A DNA stretch of 64,000 bases from Octopus sinensis (taxonomy: Eukaryota). Location of the stretch: positions 29,636,001 through 29,700,000 of the forward strand of contig NC_042998.1 of assembly GCF_006345805.1 (NCBI RefSeq), written 5' to 3'. The position numbers were made by a program, and so were the translations under genes. This document shows positions 28,610 through 41,914 of the stretch, one piece after another (the first letter of the stretch is position 1; the number at the start of each line of letters is the position of its first letter). A model generated the notes under the pieces. That model ran no database searches. It saw only the letters and a list, made by a program, of their open reading frames with translations, and was not told where the DNA came from.

Positions 28610-28710
28610 TTATTCAACCAGTTTGTCTCTATTACAGCTTCAGCGTAAAAGTCTGGAAACAAAAAACAGAGATTCGCTTGAAACAAATCTTTCATACTAA
28701 GTTCTTTATT
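28610..28710 (-). promoter_or_regulatory. Candidate polyadenylation signals of the zinc-finger gene
   Basis: AATAAA on the minus strand at about 28705-28710 and 28610-28615, just downstream of the stop. The motif is common in AT-rich DNA. Confidence 0.3.
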
Positions 28711-28742
28711 CGAGAGAAATTCAACACAAATATAGTTTTTCT

Positions 28743-28925
28743 TTATTTTATCTGACCACGTGTATTAATGGTTCTTACTCGAACGTTATTTATCTGTGGA
28801 CTAATTAAGTGAACGTTCCAGCGATGCCTTGCCAATGCATCTGATCGAGTGTAACTTTGTGTGCAACCGTCCACGAGACAAACATAGACCTTCTTATCTC
28901 TTATGCTCTGGTGAGTAATTTCGTG
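28743..28925 (-). CDS. hkb: Huckebein-like C2H2 gene, coding exon 3 (end of finger 3, finger 4, stop)
   Basis: Strong acceptor TTTTTTTTTCTCTTTGCAG|CAC. HEITH supplies the two His residues of finger 3 in phase 0, followed by YVCLVDGCTQSYTRSDALARHRWNVH and TAA at 28745-28743. Spliced CDS is 838+155+183=1176 nt (391 aa). Confidence 0.9.
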   Translation of the reverse strand, partial: HEITHQSIRDKKVYVCLVDGCTQSYTRSDALARHRWNVHLISPQINNVRVRTINTRGQIK

Positions 28926-29486
28926 CTGCAAAGAGAAAAAAAAATAATAAACAGTGGATTATGCACATCAAGAACTGTAAATGCATATATTTTTTTCATA
29001 TTGCTATATTCCTTTAAATTTTTTTCCAACTTAGAAAAAGATCGAATTTTTTATGCAAAACGAAATTTAATTAACGAACAAGTGTTTTGATTGTTCTTAA
29101 TGAGGTAGCAGACATTGATAACATGCAGTTTCAGTTAGTCGACTTTACTTACGTATTTAAAATTATTTTCTTTTGCCATACGTAATTCTACGCACGTCTG
29201 TACGTATAACTAAGCATAAAAATACGCACAAAAAAGCATTTACTCTTTTACTTGTTTCAGTCATTTGACTGCGGCCATGCTGGAGCACCGCCTTTAGTCG
29301 AGCAAATCGACCCCGGGACTTATTCTTTATAAGTTCAGTACTTATTCTATCGGTCTCTTTTGCCGAACCGCTAAGTGACGGGGACGTAAACACACCAGCA
29401 TCGGTTGTCAAGCAATGCTAGGGGGACAAACACAGACACACAAACACATACGCACATACATATACCTATGTATATATATATATATA

Positions 29487-30929
29487 TCGTTCACAAAAAA
29501 TTAGCGTTTGCAATACTTTTTTCGTTCGGCGTCAACAGCCCTTCTTATCTTGTTCTCCCTGTCCTGTCTTTTACTGTTATATATATATATATATATTTTT
29601 TTTTTACTGTTTATATATATTTTTTTTTACTGTTTATATTTTTGTACTGTCGTTACTGTCTCGTTTTTTTACCATTTTTTAACCATTTTTTACCCCTCTG
29701 CGAAAAGATCTCAGAATTCTAATTGATTTGCTTTTCGCAGGAAGGAAAGTTTCTTGTCGAAGATACGTCTCGCTTTTATCCTTCGAAACGTAGAGTAGAT
29801 GAAACCTTAGCGACTGAAGAAGGGGTTTTTTCATTGTGTTAACTGTCCTGTACTCCATTTTTTGTTGTTTTTAAAAAATTGTCCTGTTCCTTTGGTTTGT
29901 GTCTATGTTTTCGTTTCTCTATGTGTTCAATGTCCCTTTGGTGTCCTGTACTCATATATACGTGTATATGTACATGTAGAGGTAGGTACGTACATATATG
30001 TTTATATATATGCATATGTTTTATTTCTTTTATTAATATATTATACGACTAAACGCACGCACCCTCTTAAGTAAGATTGTTCTGTATATCAAGTTCGCCT
30101 TGATATTAACTCTCACGCGCACTCTGCTCTTTCTTTCTTTCTTTCTTTCTATCCCATCCCCTTTTCGTCTTTTTTCCCTCACTTAACTTGTCTCTTCCTC
30201 TCTCTCTCCCCCTCACCATTCTTCATGGTCTCCTCGCACCTTTCCCTTTCTTCTCTCCCTTCCCCTTGCTCCTCCTCCCCCATTCCCGTCGTCCATCTGC
30301 GACGATACTTCCGCCGTAACTGCTAACGGTCTTTCTCGCCCGCCTTTTAAGGCTACTGGACGACTTTTCCTGTTCTCTATCGTCGTTCACAAAAAATTAG
30401 CGTTTGCAATACTTTTTTCGTTCGGCGTCAACAGCCCTTCTTATCTTGTTCTCCCTGTCCTGTCTTTTACTGTTATATATATATATATTTTTTATTTTTT
30501 TACTGTTTATATATATATATTTTTTACTGTTTATATTTTTGTACTGTCGTTACTGTCTCGTTTTTTTACCATGTTTTTACCATTTTTTACCCCTCTGCGA
30601 AAATATCTCAGAATTCTAATTGATTTGCTTTTCGCAGGAAGGAAAGTTTCTTGTCGAAGATACGTCTCGCTTTTATCCTTCGAAACGTAGAGTAGATGAA
30701 ACCTTAGCGACTGAAGAAGGGGTTTTTTCATTGTGTTAACTGTCCTGTACTCCATTTTTTGTTGTTTTTAAAAAATTGTCCTGTTCCTTTGGTTTGTGTC
30801 TATGTTTTCGTTTCTCTATGTGTTCAACGTCCCTTTGGTGTCCTGTACTCATATATACGTGTATATGTACATGTAGAGGTAGGAACGTAAATATATGTTT
30901 ATATATATACATATGTTTTATTTCTTTTA

Positions 30930-30935
<6 letters not shown>
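29487..30935 (+). mobile_element. TA-flanked non-coding element with ~555-bp direct repeats (pLTR-like partial tandem), nested in a SINE
   Basis: 29487-30045 is near-identical to 30384-30935. It interrupts a SINE whose halves lie at 29240-29460 and 30970-31135. A related fragment is at 51435-51735. Confidence 0.75.
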
Positions 30936-30969
<34 letters not shown>

Positions 30970-31920
30970 TACGACGGTCTTCTTTCAGTTTCCGTCTACC
31001 AAATCTACTCACAAGGCATTGGTCGGCGCGGGGCTATAGCAGAAGACACTTGCCCAAGTTGCCACGGAGTGGGACTGAACCCGGAACCATGTGGTTGGTT
31101 AGCAAGCTACTTACCACACAGCCACTCCTGCGCCTGTAAAGAAAATATATATTAAATGTATGCAAACTTTTAGATAACTGACTCATCTAACAGCCATATT
31201 GTTTGTTCCTTCTCGAGCCACGCCTGGCTCATAAGGGCCGGTTTCCCGTTTTCCTTGGCGTATAGGTTCCCCACCTGGACGGGACGCCGGTCCGTCACAG
31301 GTGAGCTGCAAGATGCAGGCGGAAAGAGTGAAAGTTGTGGCGAAAGAGTCAGCAGAAATTCACCATTACCTTCTGCCGGAGCCGCGTAGAGCTTAGGTGT
31401 TTCGCTCATAAACATACACATTACCCGGTCTGAGATTCGAAACCGCGATCCCTCGACCGCGAGTCCGCTGCTCTAACCACTAAGCCATGTGCCCCCACAA
31501 CAGCCATATACAACACCCCCAAAAGAGGTGAGCCAACTTGAATATTGTGCTGAGAATAAAAAATAACCTCAGCCGAGGTTGTTGCTGTTGTTGCAATTGG
31601 CCGAGTTCAATACTCGTTAGTCAAGGAAAAAAACCTCCTTTTGTAAAAGACACTTGCCCGAGGGGCGACGCGATGGGACTGAACCCAGAATCACGTGGCT
31701 AGGAAGCAAACATCTTACCACATAGACACGCTTACGCCTGTTCATTTACTTTAATTAAAACCTGTCCGTTGTAGAAAATTTAGTAACAACTCGTTGTACT
31801 TCCTTATTTATATATTTCTAATAACTTGTTTATAGTAATTATAAGAGTGTGTGAAACATGGAAGAGAAATTTAAAAAAAACAATAAATATAAGATCATTA
31901 TCGTAAAATTGATTTTTCTG

Positions 31921-32349
31921 CAGTCATTTCACTGTGGCCATGTTAGCATACCAAAGTCATTTCACTGTGGCCATGCTGCAGCGCCGCAGTAATTTCACTT
32001 TGGCTAGCTGGTGCGCTGCAGTCATTTCACTGTGGCCCTGCTGGTGCGCTGCAGTCATTTCACTGTGGCCCTGCTGGGGTATCAAATTCATTTCAGTGTG
32101 GCCGTGCTGGATCGCCGCAGTAATTTCACTGTGGCCACGCTGGGATAGTGCAGTCATTTCATTGTGGCAATACTAGAGCACCACAGTAATTTCATTGTGC
32201 CCATGCTGGTGTGCTGCATTCATTTCACCGTGGCCATGCTGGAGAGACTCAGTCATTTGACTGTGGCCATGCTGGGGCACTGCAGTCATGTCAGTGTAGC
32301 CATGCTGGGGTTCCGCATTTATTTCACTGTGGCAATGCTGGAGCACCAC
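31921..32349. repeat. 33-bp minisatellite, about 13 diverged units
   Basis: Unit cagtcatttcactgtggccatgctgg.gc.ccg, which runs directly into a SINE body. Confidence 0.9.
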
Positions 32350-32556
32350 GTTGAAGGATTTTTGTGGAATGACTTATTTTTTCGTTTAAGTCCTGGCACT
32401 TATTCTATGGGTCGCCTTTGCCGAACTGCAAATTCTTGGGGATAATCAGAGACACAAAGACATATTCAGATGTATACACATATATGTGACCTCGTGTGTA
32501 CCGTTGGCGATTTATTTTCCTTTGTCTTCCCTTCTCTGGATCTTTCCTTCTCCTAT

Positions 32557-32591
32557 GTTTCCGACGAAGAGCTCCGCTCGAAACGTTAGAC
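32557..32591 (+). ncRNA. Minimal hammerhead-like motif (U4C) in a short TA-flanked repeat
   Basis: gttt-CCGACGA-A-gagc tcc gctc-GAAA-CG-TT-agac. Confidence 0.5.
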
Positions 32592-34808
32592 CCTCCTTCT
32601 TTTCTTCTTTCCTGAGCGTCCAATTATACTGTATTTGTTCCACGTCCTCGCGTTGTTGTGTTTTTTTGTGCTTTCTTGTTTGGATTAACTTTATACACAT
32701 ATATATATATTTATGCGACAGGCTTCTTTCAGTTTCTGTCTACCAGATCCACTCACAAGGCTTTGATCATTGCGAGGCTATAGTAGAAGAAACTCGCCCT
32801 AGGTGCCACGCAGCTGGAGTGAAACTGGAACCATGTCGTTGGGAAGCAAACTCTTACCACGCAGCCACGCCTGCACCTACGATAATACTTATTATATTCT
32901 ATAAATAAATAAATTCAAGTTCCACTAAAATTGATTTTGGCTTTCACCCGTTCCGATTGGATAAAATAAGTACCAGTTGAATACTGAGGCTAATGTATGT
33001 GAATATGTGTATGTATATGTATAGACATATGAACGCAAGCATATATATGTGTATAGTGAAGGCGCGTGGCTTAGTGGTTAGGGAATTCGGCTCTCGGTCG
33101 TAAGGTCATGAGTTAAATTCCCGGCGACACGTTGTGTCTTTGAGCAAGACACTATATTTCACGTTGCTCCAGTCCACTCATCTGGTAAGAATGAGTAGTA
33201 TCTGTATTTCAATGGGCTATCCTTGTCACATTCTGTGTCACGCTCAATCTCCCTGAGAACGACGTTAAGAGGTACACGTGTCTGTGGAGTCCTCAGCCAC
33301 TTTCACGTTAATTTCAGGAGCAAGCTGTTCCGTTGATCATATCAGTTGGGACCCTCGTCGTCGTAACCGACGGTGTGCTCCTATATGTGTATCTACGTAT
33401 ATTTGTCTGTGCATGTATGTCTTCTATATGTGTAAATTATGTATGTATATACACGCGCAAACACGTTCGTTTGTTTATGTATATGTGTTTGTGTGTATAC
33501 ATTATATATGTGTATATATATATATATATTCATATATACTGGTGCCACCATGCTTTTGAGTGTGTGTGTGTGTTTGTTGAACTGTAGCCTCTACATTTTA
33601 ATTGTATTTAATTCTGCTTAATTACATATTCCTATTACATCATAATTCAATTATTTACATAACTTTTCAAAATATATGTAAGATATATTTAAAATTGATA
33701 GGTTAATTGCTAGTTCAAAGAATGCCAGTTTCGGTTAAATGCAAACGATCGTTTTTTTCTTTATTTTTTCTCAGATTCTAAGATAAATATTTGGTGAATT
33801 GCAACATTAAATTGAACATTTATATCGTAACATATGTAGAAGATTCTAAAAGTTTTCGCTTTGATAACGATTTAAAATGAATGTGTATACTTCTTATTTA
33901 TAAACAATCTTTCTTAAAAGTCTCAAATACATACAAGTGAGATACATACATTTTATATTGATTAAAAGATGATTAAATTCAGATTTTATTTCTTTTTAAT
34001 TGTATAACTTCTTTAATAAATAAATCTTCATAAAAGATAAAACTTCCAAATCATCATTAAAGATAAAACTTCTAAGATGTTTTGATTCGACTGACGAATT
34101 AAAGCAGTTTTTGCCTTTTCATTATCACTGATTAACAAGGCGGCGAGCTGGCAGAATCGTTAGCACGCAGGGTGAAATGCGTAGCCGTATTTCGTCTGCC
34201 GGTACGTTCTGAGTTCAAATTCCACCGAGGTCGACTTTGCCTTTCATCCTTTCGGGGTCGATTAAATACGTACCAGTTACGCACTGGTGTCGATGTAATC
34301 GACTTAATCGGTTTGTCTGTCCTTGTTTGTCCTCTCTGTGTTTAGCCCCTTGAGGGTAGTAAAGAAACAGGTATTTCCTCAGTCTTTATGTTCTGAGTTC
34401 AAATTCCGCCGAGGTCGACTTTGCCTTTCGGGGTCGATAAATTAAATACCAGTTGCGTACTGAATTGATCTAATCGTCTGACTCCCTCCCCCAAAATTTC
34501 GGGCCTTGTGCCTTGAGTAGAAAAAGATTATCACTGCTTAAGGATACTACATTTTTCTAACACTGCATTGCGCTTGCTGTTTCTATAACGTAATTCAGTG
34601 AACTTCAAGTAATTGTCGGGACGTATGAACGTAAGTCTGGGTAACTGAAGAACCCTACTGGAAACGGGTTTTCAACGATGGGGCCGAAGACCGTGGTACT
34701 ATATCGCACAGAAAGAATAAATTTTAGAATTATATTTCTAATCTCTTGACTATCTCAGACTGAATGCTGGTAGGCATTTTCTATTATATATGTTATATAT
34801 ACGAAACG

Positions 34809-34855
<47 letters not shown>

Positions 34856-35640
34856 GAGTAAAACGCCCCCCGTCCAATGGTTGGTGCTGAGTTGTCAAAC
34901 ATTTAAACTAAGTTTTCTCAAAACAACTTGTCCGACCGTCCCATAAGCCACCCCTTTGAGATACACTGATTTAACCTAAATTTGAGACACCAGCAAAAGG
35001 CAGATTTCGACTGATATACTTGCGCGTACAAATGCACGTTCCTACGGCTTTATCGATCGCATTCTCACCTGGAAACGATTTTTGTAATTTTTTTCAAAAC
35101 TTATACACGCACTGATACCGTCGGTATCTACACATCAAATTTGAGCGCAATCGGATGGAGGATGCCAAAATCCTATAAGACACACACACAGCCAGTCAGG
35201 ATGGATTTTATTTAATATATATACATATTTATGTATGTTTGTATGCGTGTGTTATATTATGTATTATATATATATATATATACTTATATATATATACTGA
35301 ACGAAACCCGTCGTATGTATGTATTTATATCTATCTGTATGTGTATGTGCGTCTCTTTGAGTCTATGTTTTCCCCATCACCACTTGACAACCGATGTTCG
35401 TGTGTTCACGTCCCTGTAACTTAGCGACTCGGCAAAAGACATAGAATAAGTACTAGGCTTAAAATAAATATCTACCAGGGTCGGTTCCTTAGACAAAAAA
35501 TTCTTCAAGAAGAAAAACCCCCTTTCTTCTCAGTCTCTCACATATCCTCCCTGATGCAAGTAAACCCTTCCTGCATTATATTCCAGCCAACATCTCACCG
35601 GGTTACTCTTTGATTTCTACTTCTTACATTAAAATACTCA

Positions 35641-36058
35641 TAGGCGCAGGAGTGGCCGTGTGGTAAGTAGCTTGTTTACCAACCACATTGTTCCCGGTTC
35701 AGTCCCACTGCGTGGCACCTTGGGCAAGTGTCTTCTACTATAGCCTCGGGCCGACCAATGCCTTGTGAGTGGATTTGGTAGACGGAAACTGAAAGAAGCC
35801 CGTCGTATTTATGTATATATTTATATGCGTGTGTGTGTTTGTGTGTCTGTGTTTGTCCCCCTAGCATTGCTTGACAACCGATGCTGGTGTGTTTATGTCC
35901 CCGTTACTTAGCGGTTCGGCAAAAGAGACCTATAGAATAAGTACTGCGCTTACAAAAGAATAAGTTCCGGGGTCGAATTGCTCGATTAAAAAGGCGGTGC
36001 CCCAGCATGGCCGCAGTCAAATGACTAAAACAGGTAAAAGAGTAAAAAAGAGTAAAGA
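35641..36058 (+). mobile_element. tRNA-derived SINE with internal microsatellite (representative full copy)
   Basis: TAGGCGCAGGAGTGGC..GTGG A box, GGTTCAGTCCC B box, ACCTTGGGCAAGT core and (GTAAAAGA)n tail. Copies at 11810-12207, 13360-13940, 36795-37203, 42438-42760, 45488-45872, 52043-52408, 53498-54005, 56625-56830. Confidence 0.85.
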
Positions 36059-36751
36059 GTATACAATATTATATAAATGATATTCTTATCCTGTCACTGC
36101 GGGGGTTTCATGCTATATTATTAGCCTTATATCCTGCGTTTCAGAATAAAATTATTTCCTTATCTGTAACTTTCAATACATTTCAAAGCTTCTGAGCTTT
36201 GTTGACCTTCAACGTAAGGGGAGATAATTACACTAATTTTTGTGAGGTACACATTTTGTAGGGTACACTTTTTGGTGAGGGAAAAATTTGTAGCATTTAC
36301 ATTGCGAAGTTATAAGCTCACGAGTTAGTCGTGAAATAAAACATGTATAAAAGTGATTCTTCGTTCATCCAACTCTCTTCATATTTTGTTTCACTTCTTC
36401 AATTCATGACTTTGTAACTTCATAATATAAATAATAATAATTCACCTTTCCCAAAAAGCGCATCCTACAAAAATGTTGTATGAGTATATTAATGTAAGAA
36501 GTAGAAATTAAAGAGTGACCCGGTGAGATGGGTGGAATATCATGCAGGAATATAATTATCTCCCCTATCATAAATAATAACATTCAGCAATTACCTCCCC
36601 TTATATATGTAATGTGTACATTTTTCTTCCTCTGTTATATATATTTTTTCAGTACGACTCACCATATGGAGAAAATCTCTTCAACGAAGTTCTTATCATA
36701 TGCATATACATAAACATACACACACACACATGTATATATACACACATATAT

Positions 36752-36794
<43 letters not shown>

Positions 36795-37237
36795 CTCTTT
36801 ACTCTTTACTCTTTTACTTGTTTCAGTCAGTTGACTGCGGCCATGCTGGAGCACCGACTTTAGTCCAGCAAATCGACCCCGGGACTTATTCCTTGTAAGC
36901 CCAGTACTTATTCTATCAGTCGCTTTTGCCGAACCGCTAGGTTACGGGGACATAAACACACCAGCATCGGTTGTCAAGCAATGCTAGGGGGACAAACACA
37001 GACACACAAACACACACACATACATATATATATACATATATACGAGAGGCTTCTTTCAGTTTCCGCCTACCAAATCCACTCACAAGGCATTGGTCGGCCC
37101 GGGGCTATAGCAGAAGACACTTGCCCAAGATGCCACGCAGTGGGACTGAACCCGGAACCATGTGGTTGTTTAGCAAGCTACTTACCACACAGCCACTCCT
37201 GCATTTATATATATACATATACATACATATTATATAA

Positions 37238-37273
<36 letters not shown>

Positions 37274-37279
<6 letters not shown>

Positions 37280-38800
37280 GGTATGTAGAAAAATACAACA
37301 TGGACAAGAACGTATAACTCTTAGAAGACGATACAATAAACACGGACAGGACATTCGAAACCCCCAGTCTTCAGTCAAGAACCGGATCATCGTAGTAATT
37401 TCGGCTGATTAATCTTGAGATTACTAGATCACGGCCAGCCCTCCAAGAAAAACTAAGCAACGAGCATTAGAAAAACTAAGCTGGGAGCGTAGATTTCCTG
37501 GAAGAAGGATCGAATGCATACGGACACCAGGACAGCAAAAGGGACAAATATAAAAAAACAATGGAATACAGAAACATGAAATACAGAAGCATTAACGGTG
37601 AAAACAACAACAAGTGTCTTACGACTGATAACAAGCAAACACAATTTTTTTCTCTGGCGCAAGGAAAGGAGCCTTATCGGCGATGCCTATATAGCGGCGG
37701 ACGAAAACAACGATGTTAATACGACGCTGGTCAGAAGCTGAAAGGCAGATTTCGGCCAGCAGTCACGTGACAGAGAAGAGAGAAAAGAAAAGAAAGAGAA
37801 GCAACGGAAGAGAGAGAGAGAGAGAGAGAGGAGAGGAGAGAGAGAGAGGAGAGAGGAGAAGAGGAAGAGATAGAGAAGAGAGGAGAGAGAGAGGATGAGG
37901 GACAAACGCGAGCAAGAGCGAGAAGAGAGAGAAAGAAGGAATCAGAGAGGAGAAGGGATGGGTGTCGAAGAGCGACCTGTGAGTGCAGAGCGAGACAAAG
38001 AAATAGGAGGGTAGTGGAAGATTAGACCAAAGAATCAGAGGAAAGAGAAGAGAAAAAGAGGATGAGTAGAGAGAGAAGGGGACAGATCAAGTAAAAGTGA
38101 GAGAGAGAGAGAGACAAACAAAGAGTCGTACCAGTTATTAAGAATATGTGCTGACATTAATGTTAAGAAGAGGGTACGTGGCGCCTGGAATATATGTTAA
38201 GGTATGTAGAAAAATACACATGGACAAGAACGTATAACTCTTAGAAGACGATACAATAAACACGGACAGGACATTCGAAACCCCCAGTCTTCTGTCAAGA
38301 ACCGGATCATCGTAGTAATTTCGGCTGATTAATCTTGAGATTACTAGATCACGGCCAGTCCTCCAAGAAAAACTAAGCACGAGGCATTAGAAAAACTAAG
38401 CTGGGAGCGTAGATTTCCTGGAAGAAGGATCGAATGCATACGGACACCAGGACAGCAAAAGGACAAATGTAAAAAAACAATGGAATACAGAAACATGAAA
38501 TACAGAAGCATTAACGGTGAAACCAACAACAAGTGTCTTACGACTGATAACAAGCAAACAAATTTTTTCTCTGGCGCAAGGAAAGGAGCCTTATCGGCGA
38601 TGCCTATAGCGGCGGACGAAAAACAACGATGTTAACACGACGCTGGTCAGAAGCTGAAAGGCAGATTTCGGCCAGCAGTCACGTGACAGAGAAGAGAGAA
38701 AAGAAAAGAAAGAGAAGCAACGGAAGAGAGAGAGAGAGAGGAGAGAGGAGAGAGAGAGGAGAGAGAGAGAGGAGGGACAAACGCGACAAAGAGCGAGAAG
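37274..38800 (-). mobile_element. Second TA-flanked non-coding partial-tandem element
   Basis: 37274-37920 is near-identical to 38196-38800 (period about 920), with a GA-rich tract and (TA)n on both sides. Confidence 0.75.
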
Positions 38801-38903
38801 ATATATATATATATATAAACATATTTATTTATGTGTGTGTGTATATATATGCTTGATCACTAAATCCCCACGTTCTTTTTATTCTCTCTCTGTTTATTTT
38901 CTC

Positions 38904-38939
38904 TTTTCTGTTGAAGAGCGTAGGTTCGAAACGTAAAAG
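38904..38939 (+). ncRNA. Minimal hammerhead-like motif (CUGUnGA family)
   Basis: tttt-CTGTTGA-A-gagc gtag gttc-GAAA-CG-TA-aaag. The host repeat ends in (TA)n. Confidence 0.5.
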
Positions 38940-39070
38940 ATTTTCTCACTCTCCCGCGCGTGAAACTAATACACCTGCTTGTTGTTTGTACACCTGTCTT
39001 CATCTTTTCTTTAATTATCAACTATATATATATATATGAGTCTGTGTGTGTGTATATATATATGTATGGT

Positions 39071-39103
<33 letters not shown>

Positions 39104-39304
39104 TCTCTGTCTTTTCTTCTAGCGCTATATGAACATTAAAGGTGGCTTTAGGGTCAGGATTTTGATTGCTATTTTAGCATGGTGGTATCTCTCAGATACC
39201 TTAATCTATAGTCTTAAATAATTATTACCTTTGTATGGTATTTATTCCCCTGCTGCCCACTTGATAAGATCGATATTTAAATATCGATATTATCCTTATT
39301 TATT

Positions 39305-39617
39305 TCTATATATATATATATTTTTATATATAAAAGTGAAGTTGTGTGTCTGTCTCTTACGATTTAGATTCCTAACTACTCCCACATTTTGCGGTGCAGT
39401 GTAACCAAAAGCGGGTATCTTATAGTCGTGATTCATATCGAGCCCTTCTGGGTATTAGCGCGCGTCTACGATGAGTCTACGATTTAAAAAAAAATTACCA
39501 TTATTTTTCCCCATTTTTAATGCATTTTTTTGTTATTATATAATGGAAGTAACTCTATAAAAATGCTTATATAGTTATTTCCCTTACAAACCCGAGCAAC
39601 GCCGGTCGATACTGCTA

Positions 39618-39618
<1 letters not shown>
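39305..39618 (+). mobile_element. Non-autonomous Helitron, second family
   Basis: Same 3' end (aaacccgagcaacgccgg.cgatactgCTAG|T) but a different interior. Confidence 0.7.
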
Positions 39619-39660
<42 letters not shown>

Positions 39661-39869
39661 AATATGTATGTATATTTGTGCATACATATACACACACATA
39701 CATACATATATATGCGCTTGTGCGTATGCATACAAGCAGAAATATGTATTATTTTTGTTGGTATATGTGTGTGTTTGCGCGTGTAAGGGCTTGTGTGTTT
39801 GTATATGTCTTTGAGCGACTATGTGTGTGCATGTACGTGCGTGTGTGTGTGTAAGCACGATTTTATTAC

Positions 39870-40024
39870 CTTGCGTAAATGATCCTTCCTTCCGAATCGA
39901 CGTTGGCACACTCGGCAGAGATAAGGACGATAGCCGGTATGAATGCGAAGATGTCGTGTCAATTCTTCGTTCCTGGCGAATGTCTTCTCACAACCTTTTC
40001 GACAACAGACGAACGGACGTTCAC
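39870..40024 (-). CDS. hkb: Huckebein-like C2H2 gene, coding exon 2 (finger 2 and most of finger 3)
   Basis: Acceptor TTTCATTTTCGTTTAG|GT completes the Gly codon from exon 1. Encodes ERPFVCCRKGCEKTFARNEELTRHLRIHTGYRPYLCRVCQRRFGRKDHLRK. Donor AAG|GTAATA (phase 0). Length 155 nt. Confidence 0.92.
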
Positions 40025-40224
40025 CTAAACGAAAATGAAACCCACGCATAACAACAAAAGCTACAAGCATTATCAAGATTATCACATATTTTGTTAAAAA
40101 GAGATAAAGGTTCACGTGAAATGGACGGAGAGCACAATACAGTTTAGCATTGTTGAATGTCTTATCGAAGACAGCTGCGTGTTTGATTGATTTCTTCCAT
40201 ATGAATGTACGCTATTCACATCGG

Positions 40225-41200
40225 TATATGTATGCATGTGGGTATGTATGATGTATGTATGTATGTATGTATGTATGTATGTATGTATGTATGTATGTAT
40301 GTATGTATGTATGTAGGTAGGTAGGTAGGTAGGTAGGTGTGTGTGTATGTATGTATGTATGTATGTATGTATGTATGTACGTATGTATGTATGTATGTGT
40401 GTGTGTATGTATGTATGTATGTATGTATGTATGAATGTATGTATGCATGAATGTATGAATTTATGTATGCATGCACGAGTAGCTGGATGGATGGATACAC
40501 TGATGTATGTATGCATGTATGTATGTAGGTACGTGTGTATGTAGTTATATATGTATGTATGTATGTAGGTATGTAGGTATGTATGTAGGTATGTGTGTAT
40601 ATAGCTATGTATGTATGTATGTATGTATGTATGTATGTATGTATGTATGTATGTATGTATGCATGCATGAGTACCTAGATGGATGGATGGACAGACTGAT
40701 GTATGTATGCATGTATGTATGTATGAATGTATGAATGTATTTATGTATGTGTGTGTATGTATGTATGTATGTATTTATGTATGTGTGTGTATGTATGTAT
40801 GTAGGTATGTATGTATGCTTACATGAGTACGTGGATGGATGGACGGACTGATGTACGTATGCATGTGTGTGTATGTATGTGTGTATATGTGTGTATGTAT
40901 GTATGTATGTATGTATGGATGTATGTATGGATGTATGTATGTGTGTATGTATTATGTAGGTATGTATGTATGTAGGTATGTGTGTGTATGTATGTATGTA
41001 TGTGTGTGTATGTATGTATGTATGTATGTATGTATGTATGTATGTACGTATGTATGTATGTGTGTGTATGTATGTATGTACGTATGTATGTACGTATGTA
41101 TGTGTGTGTGTATTTATGTATGCATGAGTACCTGGATGGATGGACGGACTGATGTATGTATATATATGTGTGTATGTATGAATGCGTGTATGCTTGTATG
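40225..41200. repeat. Compound (TATG)n microsatellite field
   Basis: Seen directly. Similar fields at 47270-47620, 47960-48440, 49070-49555, 61062-61300, 61770-62560. (GATA)n tracts at 5283-5416 and 12936-13064. Confidence 0.97.
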
Positions 41201-41294
41201 CATAGATGTATATATATTTGTGTGCACGAATCTATTTCACTTTATCTAGATGCACGTGCAACTGTCCAATGTTTGCAAGCAGACATATATAAAT

Positions 41295-41327
<33 letters not shown>

Positions 41328-41868
41328 TATATATATATGTTTGTGGGAATGCATGTGTGTGTGTGTGTGTGTGTGTGTGGTGTGCATAGAGAGTGCACCG
41401 CTGGCATTTTTGTGTCTTCCTTTCATAGCTACGCCACAACCTGCAACCAATCCCAGAGTCGGATCTCCGGTTCAAATTGGAATTGGTTCTCATACATCTG
41501 CAGTATCCTGCCAACACCTAATACGTTCATTGCTGTTGACCTTAATATGAACTCTATGTTATTGTACCTAGCCATTTCTAGCGCCCTACGTGTTGATGTG
41601 CCTAGATTGTTATTAAATCTTCCCAACTAATTTATATATATATACATATATATATAGCAATAATAAATCTCTGAACGAGATGTAAACAGTAACCGCTCGA
41701 CAACATAAAGTATACTAGCCATATCAATATGACTAACCACTAAGGGTGGGTGTTACTGTAGCTTTTAGCCCCAGGAGATCATCGTCTCCAGCTAGCTTTA
41801 GGCACACTTTCTGTGCCCTTATAATATTTGCAAAGGGAGGTCATCCTTTCTCGTAAACCTAAGTGATA

Positions 41869-41914
41869 CGCACGGACTGCAGTTTCGAGGTAATTTGCCT
41901 CTTGTCAACGTGCG
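41869..41914 (-). ncRNA. Minimal hammerhead ribozyme, U3-A8 core variant
   Basis: Minus strand reads cgcacg-TTGACAA-gagg caaatta cctc-GAAA-CTGCAG-TC-cgtgcg. 6-bp stem I, 4-bp stem II, palindromic stem III, GUC site. Confidence 0.75.

Noticed and set aside
31934-32445. Repeat-protein ORFs or CRISPR-like array
   Set aside because: 33-bp SINE-derived minisatellite with no unique spacers, in a eukaryotic context.
34643-34680. CTGAAGA plus hairpin as a hammerhead (similar weak cases at about 22455, 39260, 43138)
   Set aside because: GAAA, the cleavage triplet or stem I is missing.
40112-41389. Long ORFs such as YIHT/MYVC/LSIY repeats (also 2905, 4069, 12657, 48942, 61705-62631)
   Set aside because: They are translations of stop-free microsatellites, not genes.
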